DNA of 39,031 nt from Reclinomonas americana ATCC 50394 (GCA_048213135.1 PS015076.1:63264-102294); one strand, 5' to 3'. Counted from the first letter of the stretch, positions 9,973-23,519 are shown. Notes: generated by a model from the letters alone, not told the origin. Numbers and translations are program-made.

Positions 9973-12900
9973 CGCCAGGAACGGATTCTCCCACGTCTCC
10001 CACACTTCCGGACCGAGAGCCATCTCCTCGTCCGTCAGCAGGCACGCATCCAGCGTGCGCTCCACAGTCACGCGGTCCATGTGAATGCCAATGAACACGA
10101 CCTGCGTAAATTCGCAATGAGCAACTGATTGAAAAAATGGCCTTCTCCTTCTCCCACGTCAACCCACCTCCTGTCGTCGGTCGCCAAACTCGGGATGCGC
10201 AGGATCGAAATCCTTGCGCAGGTTCTCCCGCTCAGCCTCCGTCTCACACGGCCACTCCTCCACCGGCGTGGCCGCAAACCACGGATGGCTCTCCTCCACG
10301 TGGAAAATCTGCACACGCACGGGTAAGTCGCCGTGCTCTTGCTTTCTATGGCGAGAAGATGCTTCACGCAACATCGCCCGCCTGGCTAAACTCGATGCAG
10401 TCGTCGTTGCAGGCGGCGATCCACATAAAGCCCTTGGCACGCACGATAATCTGGCTCAACACCTGCTGCTCCAGCAGGTCCCAGAAGCGCTGCGGGTGCA
10501 CCGGCCTCCTCCGACGCCACACAAAGCTCGAAATGCCTGTGGGGGGACGGGGGTGGTGGGAGGGGGGAACGGGGCGATGGATGGCACCGGGCTTCGATTA
10601 CCAACCGTACTCCTCCGACTCGGGCACATGCTCGCCCGATCGCATCTGCTTCAGCCAGCCAACCGAGGCGGCGGCCTTGGCGAATGAGAAGAGGCCAGTG
10701 TTGAGCACGTGCTCCAGTGGGAGAGTCGAGTGCACCTTTGTGATGGGAAAAGGCGGTGAGTGCACTCACACTCGTCTCCTCTGCCTCTCCCCTGCTTCTT
10801 TCTCTCTCCCCCTCTTTCAGCAATCCATCCACTCACCGTGCGATGAATGCGAGCCTCCGGGTTCAACTTGCGAACAATGGCCTCAATCTGCTCCAGCTGC
10901 GCCGGCTCCACCAGATCCGTCTTGTTGATGATAATCACGTCGGCGAACTCGACCTGATCAATCAGCAAGTCGGCCACCGTCCTCTCGTCCTCCTCTGAAA
11001 TCTTGTCGGCTCCGTACTTTTCCGACAAATCGTCCGTGCTGCGCAGGTACTGGTGAAAGTTGTGCGCGTCGACCACGGTGACTGTGGTGTCGAGGCGCGC
11101 CACGTCCGACAGCGCCGACAGGCCGGGCACGTCAAAGGTGAACGTCTCGGCCACGGGCATCGGCTCCGCAATGCCGGTGCTGAACATGCACAGGTAAGTG
11201 ACCAAGGGGGGAGAGGAGTCGAGGGGAGTTTTGTTGCGCACCATTCAATGACCAAGTAGTCGAATCGGCGCTCCTCGGCCAGCTTCTTGACCTCGAGCAG
11301 CAGGTCCTGGGTGGTGGCGATAAGTGAGGAGAGACAGGAGGGAGAGAAGATGACATTAGTAATTCTCACCTCACGCAGCGTGCAGCAAATGCAACCTGTG
11401 GAGGGAGGGCGCGAATGAGTGCACGAAAATGGCAGAAATGTGAAGAAGGAAGAGCGTGGCAAACCGTTTTGCATCTCCACCATCTTCTCTTCCACCTTGC
11501 TCAGCTTGGCGCCGGATTTCTTCACCAGTTCCGCGTCGATGTTGACTGGGAAGGCGGAGGGGAGGGGGAAGGGAAAGGAAAGGAATGAGCAGTCACGCTG
11601 ACTACACAACAATCGTCAACAGCAGCGGGCGACTGACAAAGAGTGTGTGTCCGTGTGTTTGCTTGCGAGTAATTGAGAGAGAGGGAGAGAGACACGCACG
11701 GACGCGTAGACAGACAACAGGCAATAAAGAGGCTGCACTTATTCGATGTGTGGGTGTACCCACTCAACATATGCACCAGTACAATGAGGAGTGCACATAC
11801 AGACACACTCACGTGCAACACATGCTCAAGTATCGTTTAGAAGGCAGTAGCGCCTTTCTCTCTCTTTGCATGCGCGTGTAATCTCGTACACAACGCACGA
11901 ATGCGCAGTTACAGATAAATTCACATGCAACGCATAATCAAGCATGGCAGTAGCAGAGGTTTGTCTCTCTCTCTCTCTCTCTCGTTCAGTGAGCGTGTGA
12001 TCGTGCTCAATTCACAACCACCGTGCACAGGAGAGCGACAGACAAGCAAGTAATACATCATCAAGCAACGCTCATGAAGGCAGCAGCATGCTAATGTTTG
12101 TCTCTATCTCTCTCCCTCTCTCAGTGAGCATGTGATAGTGCTCAATTCACAACCACCGTACATAGGAGAGCGACAAACACGCAACACATCATCAAGCAAC
12201 GCTCATGAAGGCCGCAGCATGCTAATGTTTGTCTCTATCTCTCCCTCTATCAGTGAGCGTGTGATAGTGCTCACTTCACAACCACCGTGCACAGGAGAGC
12301 GTGCAGAGAGCGCTCACCCTCATACTCTACTGATGCGACGACAATATCGATCTCCGAGAAAGACCTCTTTGAATGCACACACGAGCTGCCCGCAGGATCT
12401 CTCCTGCAATCGCCCTCTCACCTTCGGCCATGTCGTTCACAATCACCGCCACTCGCATGCCAGAGCGATTCGTCAAGATGTGATTCAACAGCGTGGTCTG
12501 CAGGTCACAACAGATCAGAAAACACACGAAGCAGCGCGACAAACACACACACACACGAGGAAGGGAGGGAGAGGAAGAGAGGGAGAGGAACTCAGGAGTG
12601 ATCGCGTTCTCCTCTTCTCTCTCTCTCTCTTGCTCTCTCTCTCCCTCCTCTCTCTCCTCCCTCCCTCCTCCTCCTCCTCCTCCTACCTACCACCACCACC
12701 ACCTACCACCTACCTACCGTACCACCGACCGACGAACGAACGACGACGACGACGACGACGACGACCGACCGACGTACCGNNNNNNNNNNNNNNNNNNNNN
12801 NNNNNNNNNNNNNNNNNNNNNNNNNNNNNNNNNNNNNNNNNNNNNNNNNNNNNNNNNNNNNNNNNNNNNNNNNNNNNNNNNNNNNNNNNNNNNNNNNNNN

Positions 12901-13630
12901 NNNNNNNNNNNNNNNNNNNNNNNNNNNNNNNNNNNNNNNNNNNNNNNNNNNNNNNNNNNNNNNNNNNNNNNNNNNNNNNNNNNNNNNNNNNNNNNNNNNN
13001 NNNNNNNNNNNNNNNNNNNNNNNNNNNNNNNNNNNNNNNNNNNNNNNNNNNNNNNNNNNNNNNNNNNNNNNNNNNNNNNNNNNNNNNNNNNNNNNNNNNN
13101 NNNNNNNNNNNNNNNNNNNNNNNNNNNNNNNNNNNNNNNNNNNNNNNNNNNNNNNNNNNNNNNNNNNNNNNNNNNNNNNNNNNNNNNNNNNNNNNNNNNN
13201 NNNNNNNNNNNNNNNNNNNNNNNNNNNNNNNNNNNNNNTCACGTTCTCCTCTTCTCTCTCTCTCTCCTCTCTCCCTCCCTCCTCTCTCTCCCCCCCCTCC
13301 CCTCTCTCTCTCACACACACACACAATACCGCACCTTGCCAGAGCCAAGAAAGCCAGAGAGCACAGTCACCGGCAACTTGCCATCGTCTGCATCAGTGAA
13401 AAAATCGGAGAAATCGCAGTGAGACCCTTCCAACGCAATGCTTCCACCAGTGAGAGAGAGAGAGAGAGAGAGAAAGGAGAGAGGCAGTGTGTGTGCGTGT
13501 GAAAGATGAATGAGTGAAGTGTGTGAGTGTGAAAGGTGAATGAATGAGTGAGTAGTGACTGAGTGTGCGTATGAGTGTGTGTATGTGTGCATGTGTGTGA
13601 GAGAGAAAGTAGAGATCACCGCGTCTTCCT

Positions 13631-13663
<33 letters not shown>

Positions 13664-13804
13664 AACACACACAAGAGAGCGCACGCAAGTACGCACATGT
13701 CACACACAAACACACACACTCTCTCTCACACACACACACACACAGAGCGCGCGCCACTCACCACTCCCACTCGCAACACACACAGACGCAGACGACGACG
13801 CCAT
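9784..13804 (-). CDS. COG0523/CobW-family (ZNG1/YciC-like) G3E GTPase metallochaperone, 11 exons, with an acidic and His-rich C-terminal tail
   Basis: The spliced protein contains [68 protein letters not shown] and the CobW_C motifs VRAKGFMW and GDRRQE|VVFIG. All ten junctions are GT-AG and in phase. Confidence 0.95.
11935..12301. repeat. Three tandem ~130-bp intronic repeats
   Basis: cagtgagcrtgtgatmgtgctcamttcacaaccaccgtrcayaggagagcg recurs at ~11987, ~12122 and ~12251. Confidence 0.85.
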
Positions 13805-14058
13805 AACAAAACAAAAGCACAAACACACACAAAGACGGAGACAAACACACACAAAACTCGCACTGTCACACAAACACAAACACTCACAACTCACACGCCT
13901 AAGTCATCACCTAAACAGCCTAAGGCGACACTTAGTACACACAAACACACAAACACACACACACCTCTCTGCACACACCTCAGCACACTCACACACACTT
14001 GCACACACACATACACACACACACACCTTGCCCTTTCTTGTCCACACACTCACACACA

Positions 14059-14837
14059 ATGAGTGAACGCGAACCTCTTCTCCACCACACCTCCTCCTCC
14101 AGTGGCGGCATTCCCGCGGCCTCTCCCGCACGCGTTCTCCACTCTGTCAACGACGGCGACTCTCTCGCCTCCTCCGGCTTCACCTCTGATGGAGTGCCGC
14201 TGTCTCCGTCGCCACTCTCCTCCACGCGCTCGCCTCCTGCTGCGGTGGTGGTGATTGGGGCGAGTGGAGGCTCGGAGGTGTCGTTGAAGGAGGTCGTGCG
14301 TGCGCGGGTGGCGGGCGAGGTGGAGGGAGAGGCGGTGCAGGTGGAGGGGGCGCCGAGGGTGAGTGTGTAGGATTTTGGTGCATTGTATATTTCCGATGTG
14401 GGCTGGAGGGGCACTCGCTTTCGCTTTCTTTGTGTCTTTCTCTCTCTCTCTCACTCACTCACTCTGTGCCTTGTTGCAATCAAGATCGTACGTATTGTAT
14501 GCTCACTTGTCATCTCTCTTGCTCCACGCTCGCTTCGCACACTTTGCTTCCTTTCCCGAGTCTGTGTACGTCGTCTTCTTGTCGCGTTGTCTCTCTCTCT
14601 CTCTCACTCACTCACTCTCTGCCTTGTTGCAAACAAGATCCTACGCANNNNNNNNNNNNNNNNNNNNNNNNNNNNNNNNNNNNNNNNNNNNNNNNNNNNN
14701 NNNNNNNNNNNNNNNNNNNNNNNNNNNNNNNNNNNNNNNNNNNNNNNNNNNNNNNNNNNNNNNNNNNNNNNNNNNNNNNNNNNNNNNNNNTCTTCCTTTC
14801 CCGTACGTCTGTGTACGTCGTCTTCTTCGTCGTCGTC

Positions 14838-14896
<59 letters not shown>

Positions 14897-17314
14897 ACTC
14901 ACTCACTCACTCTCTGCCGTGTTGCAATCAAGATCGTACGTATTGTATGCTCACTTGTCATCTCTCATACCACGCTCACTTCGCATCTTCACTCTGGTTG
15001 CCTTTCCCAAATGGCTGTGTGCGCTCTCAGTCCGTCGACTTCTTCTCGCATTATATGCTCTCTCTCTCGCTTCTTGCAAACAAGATCCTATGCATTGCAT
15101 GCTCACTTGTCATCTCACATGCTCCACGCTCGTTGCATCTTCGCATTTCCCTCACAAAGAAATGGCCTGAAGGGCTGTGCGTGCTCACAGTCTGTCGTGC
15201 TTCTTGCATTGCATACTCTCTCTCTCTTTCTCGCTCTCGCGCTCTCTCTCTCTCCTCTCTCTCTCTCTCGCTCTCTCTCTCTCTCTCCGCAAGATCCCGT
15301 ATTGCTTGCACTTGTCATTGCACGTGCTCCATGCTCGTCGCATATTCATCCGCCCTCTCTCTTTCTTCGCGGACTGAGTGCGAGGAGTGCTATGCACCGT
15401 CTTCTCGCATTATTTTTCCGTATGAGGAGAGTGCTCTCTCTCTCTCTCTCTGTGCGCATTGTGTTCGTCTCTTTTTTCAGTTGCAGCCCACGCTCTTCGC
15501 ATCTTCATGCTTTCTCTCCCCAGTGACTGGGATGGAATGCGCTGGTTATTACGACTCGTCGATGTGTGCTGTGCACCGTTTTATGCCCACAAAGTTTTTT
15601 CGAGGGGAGAGTGCTCTCTCTTTCGCTTTCTTTCTCTCTCTGTCACTCTCTCTCTCTCTCTCTCTCCTTACATTTTGTGTTCGTCTCTCTTGTCAAGACA
15701 CGTGCTTCACGGTCTTCTCATCTCCACTCTTGCTCGCTTTCTTTTGAGATGGTTGGCGATGCAGTACAATGGTTGCTTGTGGCTGTGCGCACGCCTAGTC
15801 CTCCCCCGATTCGAAGCTCCTCTTTCTCGTTTCTCTTGTCTCACATCTTCCCCTCACCCTCCCTTCCCTCCCCACCCTCCCTTCCTCCCTCGATCAGAAA
15901 AAGGCGCCGCGTCTGTACAGTCTCGATGTCTTCCGCGGCCTGACCATGTTCGGCATGTTGCTGGTCGATAACCAGGTGTGTGTGTTCGCCATTTTATGTG
16001 CCGCCACTCTTCGTTTTCGTGCTCATCTCATCGCTTCCCCCCGCTGCAGGGCGACTTTAATAATGTGATATGGCCGCTCGGCGAGAGTGAATGGGAGGGG
16101 CTGCGACCGTCGGACTGTGTGTTTCCATCGTTGCGCATGACACACATGTGATTTCCCTTCGAGACATTTCTCTTCTCACACGCGTGTCGCAGGTTTGTGT
16201 TCATCATGGGCTTCTCTGTGGCCTTCACGCTGCGTAATGTCAAGAAATCGGATTGGAGAAGTGCGTCTCCTTGCTTGTTTCGTCGCTGCACAGCTGTTGT
16301 TTCTCACGTCCTGTCGCGCGGCCAGTTTGGTACCGCACACTGCGACGAGCCATCATCCTCATCGGCCTCGGCATCTTTTTCAGCGCACAATCACACAACT
16401 TTGGCCCACAGTTCCGCATTCCTGGGTGNNNNNNNNNNNNNNNNNNNNGGAGCTTTCGGCGCAGTGCAATGCCGCTGGATACTTGGACAACCAGATTTTT
16501 CATCGATTCATGTGCGTCGTCGTCCACACACTCCTAGTCCTGCTCCTTCCCCGCATAACACTCTGTGCGTTGCCAGGGTGCATCCAACAGACCCGGAGGG
16601 ACTCGTGTCCACTCTGACGGCCACGGTGAATGCGTATCTGGGCCTGGAATTCGGCCTGTTGTTCTTCCGCTTCCGTGCAACGCGTCGCAAGTTGATGCTG
16701 CGCTGGATCTTCCTCTCCGCCGTCATGGTTTGCAAAGAGGAGATCTGTGTCTTTTCTTCTGCTGTGTGTGTGCCTCACTTGCGTGCTGTGGTGGTGCAGG
16801 TGGCCGTGGGCTCCCTATGCATCCCATTCAATCCGGTCACCAAGAAGCTGTGGTCCGTCTCCTTCACCGGCATCACCATCGGCATCAGCGGAGTTGCGCT
16901 GACGGCGCTGTATGCCATTCTGGACGTGTATGAGTACCGCGGGAGGTTTGTGAAGAGGGGGAGAGGGAGGTGTCTGTTCTTCGTCGTCTCTCACTCACGC
17001 ACTTGCGCNNNNNNNNNNNNNNNNNNNNGCGCGCGCGCAGGAGCATCCTTCACAAGTGCATGATGCCCTTTGTGTGGCTCGGCACCAACCCACTGGTCAT
17101 CTTCCTGGGCATGGTGGAGCTGGAGGTGCTGATGCTGCGCAATATTCACGTCGATGGCATGTCGCTGTGGGACTACACCTTCACCAAGGGATTCGCCAGC
17201 TGGATGGGCGGCGCTCTGTCGTTTGCCTCGCTGGTGTACTCGTTGTTGCACTCGGCGCTGTGGATTACGGTCGCCGGTGTGCTGTATCGTTTCAAGATTT
17301 TCATCAAGCTGTGA
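14059..17314 (+). CDS. HGSNAT: Heparan-alpha-glucosaminide N-acetyltransferase-like membrane protein
   Basis: RLYSLDVFRGLTMFGMLLVDNQ|G, WEGLRPSDCVFPS|FVFIMGFS, FRIPGV, CNAAGYLD, DPEGLVSTL, IPFNPVTKKLWSVSF, WLGTNPLVIF, and a C-terminal YRFKIFIKL. It also has an N-terminal EREPLL dileucine-type motif. Small gaps hide part of the gene. Confidence 0.9.
14455..15335. repeat. Degenerate tandem repeats in HGSNAT intron 1
   Basis: caagatcgtacgtattgtatgctcacttgtcatctc-like units at ~14481, 14634, 14929, 15081 and 15290, separated by CT microsatellites. Confidence 0.8.
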
Positions 17315-17935
17315 GGTTGAGGTTGAGGAATGGGGGGAAAATAGCGTTTTAGTGNNNNNNNNNNNNNNNNNNNNNNNNNNNNNNNNNNNAAATGCACGAT
17401 CGTCATTCGTGAGGCGACGTCGTGCGGGAGGGACGTCGGGACTTCGTTACGGACGACGGAGTATGGATTCGGAGTATTGATCCGAGTATTGACATTCTGT
17501 CCGCCAATATAGTTACTCGAAATTCTCCGGAGCAGTAGTGTGCACAGAGTTGACGATGCAAGGCGAAGGTAGCGGCAGGTATGTCACTCTGAAGTTCCGC
17601 GTCACGCTCGCAACATGCAGAGTTTGTGACTAGTTTTTTCATCACAACGGCAGCGGTAGCAGCAGTGCCAGCAGCCCTCCAGCTGCAGTGAGGGTATGTA
17701 TTCTCCTCCTCAGTATGCATCTCTCTCTCTCTCTCCGTGATTTGATTACTCATCCGCTTCTCTGTTGTTTTTGCAGCACGGACTCAGTGCAGCGAGGATC
17801 GCAATTGATGGTGGAGCGCGGGCGAGTGACGGAGCCCGGGCCAGCCTCTCGCAACAGTCATCGGTCGATGTTGAAAACACAACCTCTTGTTTCGTATCCA
17901 TTTTTCCCGCATTCACTCCACTACGTATTGATTGA

Positions 17936-20900
17936 ATGTTGCCAGCCCTCGACATTGCTGGAGTGATTGTCGTGCTGCTGGAAAACTTGCACGAAGCCAC
18001 CTGCGTGTGGACCGACAAAATGCGACAGCGAAAGCGCAGGAACGGCGAGGTTCTCGCGCTGCTGGCTCGACTGGAGACGCTGTCGCATCGGCTGGGCACA
18101 TTCAGTCGCGGTGCGCGTGCTTGTGGTTGCTGTGTGGTGTGCGTGATGACTCGCCTGACACTGGGAGCAGGCATGGACATGCTGCAGTGCATTCCGGCTG
18201 ACAGCCCGGTGCAGGAATTCCTGAAAAGCAAGTACCAACGCCTTCGTGCCGTGTGCGCCATGGTTTGAGTGCTTGCTGATTGTACATCTTTGCACACTGG
18301 AGCGCTTGCTGACCAAGGTAATGAACAGACGCTTCCACTGATTGCGCATGGCATTGACGAATTGCAGCATGACTTGTGCCTATGTGAGTGTTCTCGTCGC
18401 CGACAATCACCACTGTGCGCTCTCCCACTTACACTCGATGCAGTGGACAACTTGCGTCGACTCAGGATTATTTTGGAGAACCTTGAGCGTCAGCGTGCTG
18501 CCGTGTTGGATGACATTCGGTTCGCTGATGTGATACTTGCTTTGTCTGCTACCATGCAAGCTGATGCTCACACAATCCTTCTCCCTTCCTGCTCTTTGTT
18601 TGCTGCACGTCAAGGTTCGTGTGATTCGTGCATTCAGACTTCTTGCAGGAGATGCTAACATTTTGTTCATCTTGCGATGTGTGCAGGGATGTTCTCACTG
18701 TTGCGTTTCGTGCTCGTCACCTCACATTGCGTTCAATTTTCTCATGACTGCAATAGTCGATCGGACGACCGCAAGCGGCTGTTCGCCCGGCGGGGCCGTC
18801 TGGTGGTCTCAACGACGCGCAGGTTAAGGAAGCGCTGCGACCTCCGGGGTTTGTCGAGCTGCCGCCCGTCATGCACGAGGTGGGTAATGTGCTTGCGCTC
18901 TTCGTGCGATCCGTTTTGGTTTGTCGTCTACAGCTAAACTCTTCTGACACTTGTCAATTCTCACCTGCAGGCCATCAAATCCACATTCTATCAGAGTGAA
19001 GTGTGGTGGTACCGCGAATTGGGCAAGCGTGGACAAGAGTACCTCGCCATGAGCCATGTTCGACAGTCGGACTGGATTCGCGCTCTCGAGTGTTACCGAC
19101 GAGTGATCGATGACCAGGAAAATTCGCACAGTCTGCAGGGCCTCGTGAACGTCTGTGAGTGCCAGCTACAACTCGGCGGCGCACTCGAGGCGTTGAACCT
19201 GGCCACATTTTGTCTTTCTGTCGGTATTGGAGTCCACTCGGAGAGTGCAACGGAGGCGGGCAGTGATTGGGTTTGTTGAAGATCCCACCAGTACTGCGCA
19301 CTTCATTGCTCACGCTGCGCTCACGTGTCTTTCCTCCGTTGCACAGCTGCAGCAAATCGAGTCGACGTACTTGCGTGCGGAGCGAGCAGTGGGCGTGCAA
19401 CCTGAGTCGCGGTCGAAAGAGGTGCGCTCGAATTTAAAGAATATGGCGCAGGCGCGTAAGTTGGCATGCTTGGAAACGGGAGCGACACCTTGGGTCGAGT
19501 TGCGATCGCCCGGCCCGGCAGGTGGCGATGACCGTGACTTGGATCTCGCACTGTCCTTGTGGATGCACCAGACGGCGCTGCCATCCATGCTGTCTGCTAT
19601 CGCGCTGCCTGGTCCGGCCTGGAAACTACAATCGCACGATGTTGACGATTACGGCTCCAGGTACGTGGGTTTTCGTGCAGCTCACCATCACTCTGATGAA
19701 TTGGTTACTGATCATTATGCACGATAGCATTCTGCTCATGAATCTCAAATCGAAGCCCACCATTCCACACGTCAAGCCGCCGGTATTCGGTGAGGACCCT
19801 GCCCTGGAGGAAGGCGCTTGGTACTCGACACCCTGGAAGGCCGTCGTGACTGGAGCGCCGATAAGCCTGGAAGAAACGGCGCAACTAGCCTCGCATCCTG
19901 ATGTTGTGTATGCATGGCAGTTGATGTGCAACCAGCGTGCTTGTTGCTGTGTCTGCTAACCGTCTTGGTGAGTAGGAATGGGACGAGGACCTGCTGTCTT
20001 TTAAAGTGCTGCGCAAGCTCCCCTTTGGGTGTCGCTTGATTCACGCGCATCACAAGTCGATTTCCGTGTTGCGTACGTGTGATATCTCTGCGCGCGCGGC
20101 TGATCGTGAGCTCTCAACGCATGTTTCGATAGGGGATTCGACTCGCGAGACTATGTGCTCCTGGATTGCACCGTTCGCACACCCGGTAAGCTCTTTGATG
20201 TGTCTCTCGGCAGGATTGCGTGCGTGTTGGACTCAGCAGCCGTGCGCCACGCAGATTCCACTGTGTACTATATGGTCACTGTTGACAATGTGGTGCGAAA
20301 TGTTCCTGTTCCGCGTGGAGCAGTGCGAGCTCAGTGCAGCTACTGTGTGGCTGCAGTTCCCGTTGCGCCGCACATTACCAACATTCGCATGCTCAATCAG
20401 TGTCTGCCTGGCGGTGAGTGGCATGCTGCATCTGATTTGGTGTCGGTAGTGGAATTGCACTGATGATCCTTGCGCCACGTTGCAGGTCGTGCCAACGCCG
20501 ACTATTTCAAGAATAAGGGCAACAAGCGATTCTTGCAAAGCATCACGCGTGCTGTTCTTGCTGCAGCACGGAAGAAGGCCGCAGCGCCGCCGGGCGAGCG
20601 CCGATCGGGAGCTCCGATGCCGCGAGCAATTTCAGCGTTTGAGATGCCTCGCGCAGGACTTAGCGCCCCGTTGGAGATACCTCTGCGCAACATATCCTTG
20701 TCCCAAAGTCATATTCTCGGTCCACTTACGCCACGGGAACCACTTCTGGATCCTTCTGGGTTGTCTCAGCCGATCGCTCGTTCACGGGTGGTAACCGGGC
20801 TGCCGAGCGTTCGGCCACCAGTAGCACCGATGCCGCCGAGTGTTCGGTCACCAGCAGTGCCGGTGCTGCCTAACGCCGCGCTGACCGACGTCAACGCCGT

Positions 20901-21042
20901 CCAGCACGCGGCCGCAACTAGGTTGGCTGTTGCCGACGTCGCCAGAAGCGGGGCGGACATCAGGCGCGTTGAAAAGCCGACTGACCTAGATGAGCGTCCA
21001 TCTGACGACGACGACTTTGATGACGATGACCAAGAGCAGTAA
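17936..21042 (+). CDS. Multi-exon protein: helical/TPR-like region, divergent START-like domain, Pro-rich acidic tail
   Basis: TPR-like segment DWIRALECYRRVID...NVCECQLQLGGALEALNLA. START-like segment HPD|EWDEDLLSFKVLRKLPFGCRLIH..S|VGFDSRDYVLLD...VPRGAVRA. The 5' end is uncertain; there may be extra exons at 17556-17870. Confidence 0.75.
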
Positions 21043-21089
21043 GAGATTCGCAATGCAACCCCCCACCATGGCTTTAATTTGCGTTCCTT

Positions 21090-23519
21090 TCACTGCACGA
21101 TATTCTTGGCGATATTCTTGGCGATTCGACGCAGGAACTTCTTGCACGCTCGCTCGTGGAAGACCACCCCTGAGCGTTCACGATTCCCAGTGAGCAAGAC
21201 GACGAAAGATCGTCGTCGAGGTCGGCAGGTCACATGCACGTCGACTCACCATTTTCGCTGATTTGCACCGCCACCCGAAGGATGCATGTGGAGAGTGTTG
21301 TGGCGACGGCTGTCGCAAACAACATGAACATGGCGCGCCTGCGCTTCCGCGGTATCGTAGACTCCACGTCCATTTCGTCTGGCGCGCTCACCGCGCAATA
21401 GTGTTCCGTCATGGGATCTAATCATCAAGATGGTGCACACACTGAGTAGCACATCGAGAAGAGCGCACGGCGCGCGACAACGTCACTCAAGTCGCGCAAC
21501 TGACAGCACTCTCGCGGCCTTCTCGCAGTACAAAATCGTACAACAGGTACTCGGAGTCGGGAAATGAATTCTTTGGTCCCTCGACCTGTATCCAGTGCAC
21601 GAGGCGAGTGTCGAACGGACCTTCCTGCAGCACGTCAAATGTGCGGGTGACATCCGAATCCCACAGCTGTTATAGGTAGCACTCAGGAGTCAGAGTGTGT
21701 GCAAAGCAAAGAGGAAATGCGATGTCACAAACCCGAGGATTGCGGAACCGCTCAATAACGTTAGAGGCAGAGAGTGGCACGTCGTAGGAGACCAGCTTGA
21801 ACACCTGGTAGCGAGCAGGATGACAAAACTTGAGTGCAAGCGACGAACACATCAGTGCACCAACTGAATCTGTAAACTCGTGCTCACCTTTCCTGGCGTA
21901 CCGCTGACTCTCATCACCGGGGGCGCGGTGCTTTCGACGACAAGTTGTGCTATCTGGAACCTGTTCGAGGCATTTCAGAAACGAGAACCTGTCGCGCTGC
22001 GGCAGAAAGGAGGAGAACAGTACCGAAGAGCGCCCTCCTGTTTCGCGTCCAGCACCTTCCACTTGATGCGCTGTGCCTCGGCAATCGACTGCATGCGAGC
22101 AAAGCCATTGGTGACCTGTTATAATTTGCAGGGAGGACCAGCAGCATGAGACCGGAGACAACAGCGCTAGAAGGAGCGATGATTGAGGAAAAGTGACTGA
22201 CGACGCACCAACCAGATGGGAAACTCGAGAAACATCTGCAACGGTCCTCGGCTTCGTACCATCTCGTCACCCTTGCTAATTGCACTCATTGCCACAGGCT
22301 CCACGTGCGCACGCTCGCAAACAGCGCGATAAAGTTCCGAAATCTGCACACATGAGCGAAGTGAACGACGGAAAAAAGTGCATCATACATGTATGCACCG
22401 CAGGCTGACACACCAGGGCGCGCGGTGAGCCCTTTGCTTGCGCCAGATTGCGATGCAACTGATCAAGCTTGCTGCTGAAGTCGTCCACAGCGGCCGCCGC
22501 ACTCGCGCTGGATCTGCTTGCTCTCCCAACATGTCCCTCAAGGCAGAGCGCAGCACACACACTCAATAACTGGTGGTAATCGGCTGAGTAGCTGGCAAGC
22601 TGCAGTCGCTGCGCCGCGCCAACGAGGTCTCCTTGCACCGCCAGCATTTTGGCAGCGTTCCACGCAATATCCTCTTCTGACCAATGACCCCACTTGGCCA
22701 GCGACACCTGCGTCGCAAGTGTGTCACAGCAGTGTTTGGCCGTCGTTGACAACGGAACAGGGGCAGCAGCGCAACAAACTGGCGTCGAGACTGCAGCCGC
22801 TGCGATTCATCCGCCAGGGGCACAAAGAGTTTGGCATAACTGACGGTAAGATCAGACTCGAGCACGGTGTGCGGCGCCGGCAGTCCGTCTGGGTCAGCGC
22901 CAGCGGCCGGGGCAGTCAGTGCACTCACAATGCGCGTAAAATCCTCCACGCGACTGCCTCACGCAGTAAGTCGACACGACACACAAACACACTTTGCAAA
23001 CACGCAGCGACACCACACTCACGTGAAGTCATTGCGCAGAAACTCCACGTAACCGTGAAGCTCCGTCAGTGCGGCCGCCAGGTCCTCCACCACGCCCTCT
23101 TCTCACGACGGCCAACATCAGCAACGGCACACCAACCAGGCACATCATACAAACAAAACACACGTACCAGTGCAGCGGTTAAACTCCAAGTCGTCGACAA
23201 TAGCCAGCAGCACCGGCAAGAAACGCGCACACACTGCATGCAACTGATTTCGCAAGCTGCGGACGGCCGGATGCTGATGCTCTCTCACTGCCTCCTCCAG
23301 CGTACGATTCAACAAAAGCACTCGTCCACTGAACGGCTCGGCGTGGATGATCAGCTCGAGTGCCAACAGATCGCGTACCAGTCGAGAATCACGATCGGCG
23401 CGGTCTCGATCAGCAATGTCGCGCACAACGTTGGCAATTCTGACCACGGCTTTGGTCAGGCAGAGCGCGGCGGCGGAGAATGACTCGTCGTCGGCGCGGT
23501 GATCGCTCTCGCCTTCCAT
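21090..23519 (-). CDS. Multi-exon protein: helical N-terminal region and divergent START-like domain (paralog of the convergent neighbour)
   Basis: Starts MEGESDHR... Contains VFKLVSYDVPLSASNVIERFRNPR|LWDSDVTRTFDVLQEGPFDTRLVH. The last exon is GVVFHERACKKFLRRIAKNIAKNIVQ*. The junctions near 22020-21890 are uncertain. Confidence 0.75.

Noticed and set aside
11935-12301. Tandem repeats as a CRISPR array
   Set aside because: The intervening sequence is also repeated, the units are ~130 bp, the context is a eukaryotic intron, and there are no cas genes.
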